64,000 nt of DNA from Bacteroidia bacterium (GTDB lineage Bacteria; Bacteroidota; Bacteroidia; UKL13-3), in assembly GCA_046296495.1 (NCBI GenBank), contig JBKBLB010000002.1, positions 106,955 through 170,954 on the forward strand, written 5' to 3'. Positions 61,898-64,000 of the stretch are shown here, one piece after another. A program made the translations under genes and the position numbers. The notes beneath the pieces were generated by a model, which did no database searches, was not told where the DNA came from, and saw nothing but the letters and a program-made list of their open reading frames with translations. The first letter of the stretch is position 1, and each line of letters opens with the position of its first letter.

Positions 61898-61933
61898 GGT
61901 TTAAATCTTAATTTTAAGGTTTAAACCTTTTTT
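61898..61933 (+). terminator. Rho-independent terminator after the small ORF.
   Basis: GGTTTAAA...TTTAAACC stem followed by TTTTTT. Confidence 0.6.
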
Positions 61934-61937
61934 ATTT

Positions 61938-62021
61938 GCCGCGGTGGTGAAATTGGTAGACACGCCATCTTGAGGGGGTGGTGCTCGCAAGGGCGTAAGA
62001 GTTCGAGTCTCTTCCGCGGCA
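61938..62021 (+). tRNA. tRNA-Leu (anticodon GAG).
   Basis: GCCGCGG/CCGCGGC acceptor stem, anticodon loop TTGAGGG, a long variable arm (TGCTCGCAAGGGCGTA) and T-loop GTTCGAGTC; 84 nt. Confidence 0.85.
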
Positions 62022-62027
62022 CAAAAA

Positions 62028-63143
62028 CTAATCAACTATACTATTGTAAAGCTCTAAGTATTTATTAGCAATCAATTTCATATCAAAGTTTTTTAATCTT
62101 TCATTTCCTTTATAAACCAAGCTCTTTCTTAAATCATCTTTGTTGTTAATGTTAACAAAAGCATTTTTTATATCTAAAACATCTGTGGGATTAACATAAT
62201 AGCCGGCATCTCCGCATACTTCGGGTAATGATGATGTATTTGAAACTATAACAGGTACACCAGATGCCATTGCCTCTAAAGGCGGTATGCCAAAACCTTC
62301 AAACTCGCTTATGTAAAAAAAAGCTTTACAAAGTCTGTAAATAGATGCCAATTCTTCGTTTGACGATACTTTCAAAAATCTTACCATTAAAGCTTTTTGT
62401 TGAACCAATTTCATCAACTTTTTAGCATATTCAGATTTTATGTTTCCTATTATTATTAACTCGGTATCTTTAATACCGGATAATTCAAAAGCTTCTATTA
62501 ATCTGTGTTGATTTTTTCTTGGCTCAACAGTGCCAACACTTAAAAAAAATGGATTATTTAGTTTGTATTTATTTTGAATAGATTGGATTTCATTTTGAGG
62601 AATTGATTGACTGAAAATTGCATCGTATGATAATGGAATAACAGCTATTTTCTGAGGATTGATTTTATAAAAACTGCATATATCGTTTTTGGTTTGTTGG
62701 CTAATGGCAACAATTATATCGGCATTTTTGCAAGCATGTTTTGTTTTTAGCTTGTAAATTAATCTGTCAAACGAATTGTAATATTCAGGATATCTTAAAA
62801 AAATAAGATCGTGTATGGTAACTATACCTTTTATGCAGTTTAATTTTAAAAAAAATGGCAACTCGTTACTAAGACCATGAAAGATTTTAATTTTATTGTA
62901 CTTGCAAATAAATGCCGGCATAATCAATCGCCACAAGCCTGAAAGTATTTTCCACAATTTAGCTTTGGGTTCAATACAAACCACATTGCTGTAAAAATTA
63001 ATATGAAGTTTACGTTTAGGTGTAAATAAAAAGTATGTATTTTGTTTACCCGCGAGTTGAATATTTTGAATAAGTTGGCGGGAATAGTTTCCTAATCCGG
63101 TTTTGTTATTAAATAATCTTTTGGCATCGAAACCTATTTGCAT
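62028..63143 (-). CDS. Glycosyltransferase family 4 (GT1 fold).
   Basis: C-terminal [28 protein letters not shown] (E-x7-E-type motif). The start is placed at the internal Met (MQIGFDAKR). Confidence 0.8.
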   Translation of the reverse strand: MQIGFDAKRLFNNKTGLGNYSRQLIQNIQLAGKQNTYFLFTPKRKLHINFYSNVVCIEPKAKLWKILSGLWRLIMPAFICKYNKIKIFHGLSNELPFFLKLNCIKGIVTIHDLIFLRYPEYYNSFDRLIYKLKTKHACKNADIIVAISQQTKNDICSFYKINPQKIAVIPLSYDAIFSQSIPQNEIQSIQNKYKLNNPFFLSVGTVEPRKNQHRLIEAFELSGIKDTELIIIGNIKSEYAKKLMKLVQQKALMVRFLKVSSNEELASIYRLCKAFFYISEFEGFGIPPLEAMASGVPVIVSNTSSLPEVCGDAGYYVNPTDVLDIKNAFVNINNKDDLRKSLVYKGNERLKNFDMKLIANKYLELYNSIVD

Positions 63144-63370
63144 TTTGTTGCAATATACAGTTTGATGCATGTGTGTTGAAAAGATATTTGTTTGTATCAA
63201 TAAATATAATATGTTTGATGCGTGAAATTTAAAGAGTTATACCAAAAATATGGCAATAAAGCTATACCTGTAATGGTACTTTACGTGTTGTTGTTTTTGC
63301 CGTTTGCTACTTTGTATATCATAACTTATTTATTCGGAAAGCTTTTTTCGAGAGCATATACCGAAACGGT

Positions 63371-64000
63371 TTAGTTTTTTATGATTAAAGAAGCTCTCTC
63401 TAATCTATTATTAAAACGTTTTACAATTTTTAAATAATCCTGAAACTGATAATATAATTTTACTTTTCTAAAAAAATTTAATGGATCTCCGCCAAAGTTT
63501 GCTCCAAAATAATTATCAGACGAAAGGAAAGGCTTAGGTAAGGCTTCGAAATTTTTATTAAAGATGTGTAAACCATAATCAACTTTATGTGTAAATGCGC
63601 TCACATCTTCAGAAAAAGAAGCAATTAAAAAATTAGTTGAATCAAATGCTGGATTATATGGTTCAAATTTTTCATTAACAAAAACATTATTAAAATTACC
63701 TGCACTAACTTTATAAGCACTTGTATCCATAAAATATAAAACTTTGCTAAACGAATAACCTTGCTTAAAAGCCTGAACAATGTTTTCGTTAGATTTTTTT
63801 ACAACAAATTCGTGTGTGCCTAAATCAATTTGGCTGCCGGTTTGCAATATGTAGTTTTTTTCTTTTTCGCTAACTGTTGTTAGCATTACCAGCAATGACC
63901 CTGTTTTAAGCTTTTTTACTTTTTGGCCTGTTGTTTCTTCAATACGGGTAAATTTATTTCTAACATCAACAGCGCTAAATCTAATACCAAACTCAAACGA
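63371..64000 (-). CDS. Hypothetical protein, 5'-truncated at the window edge: the reading frame is open to position 64000.
   Basis: No stop codon occurs between the first listed TTG start and the window end. No recognisable motif was found. Confidence 0.4.
   Translation of the reverse strand, partial: SFEFGIRFSAVDVRNKFTRIEETTGQKVKKLKTGSLLVMLTTVSEKEKNYILQTGSQIDLGTHEFVVKKSNENIVQAFKQGYSFSKVLYFMDTSAYKVSAGNFNNVFVNEKFEPYNPAFDSTNFLIASFSEDVSAFTHKVDYGLHIFNKNFEALPKPFLSSDNYFGANFGGDPLNFFRKVKLYYQFQDYLKIVKRFNNRLERASLIIKN

Overview
This is an AT-rich (roughly one-third GC) chromosomal window from a Bacteroidota-type genome, inferred from the TTTG/TAnnTTTG-style promoters, the absence of Shine-Dalgarno leaders and lineage-typical gene families such as DUF3098. 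It is gene-dense and almost entirely housekeeping. Translation and RNA-modification genes dominate: thrS-infC-rpmI-rplT, leuS, fmt, mtaB, tgt, mnmE, rsmG, a trmH-family methyltransferase, cca, tsaC/sua5, and three tRNAs (Lys-UUU, Cys-GCA, Leu-GAG). Replication and repair genes present are ligA, mutS2, rnhB and a DnaQ-like exonuclease. Metabolic genes include metK, purC, pyrC, ubiE and speA. Envelope genes include glycosyltransferases of families GT2, GT4 and GT9, a Wzx-like flippase, a BamA/TamA-family protein, uppP, ftsX, and LysM and CHAP peptidoglycan-related proteins. One tight redox/sulfur-stress-like operon is present (ArsR, a small Cys membrane protein, thioredoxin, rhodanese, OsmC). 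I found no CRISPR array, no transposase or integrase, and no rRNA. None of the recognised defence families is present (restriction-modification, abortive infection, toxin-antitoxin, CBASS, retrons); this is a check from memory only. The most noteworthy items are small-scale: a GC-rich structured leader upstream of metK (candidate SAM riboswitch), an unlisted 45-aa basic ORF with its own promoter and terminator, an operator-like repeat array ahead of an XRE-family regulator, the ArsR-controlled thioredoxin/rhodanese/OsmC operon with a palindromic operator, and an unusual six-gene operon that couples cytochrome c and SCO1 to a MobA-like nucleotidyltransferase, a THEP1-like NTPase and a polytopic membrane protein. 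All functional calls come from motif recognition in the translated ORFs; no database searches were run.
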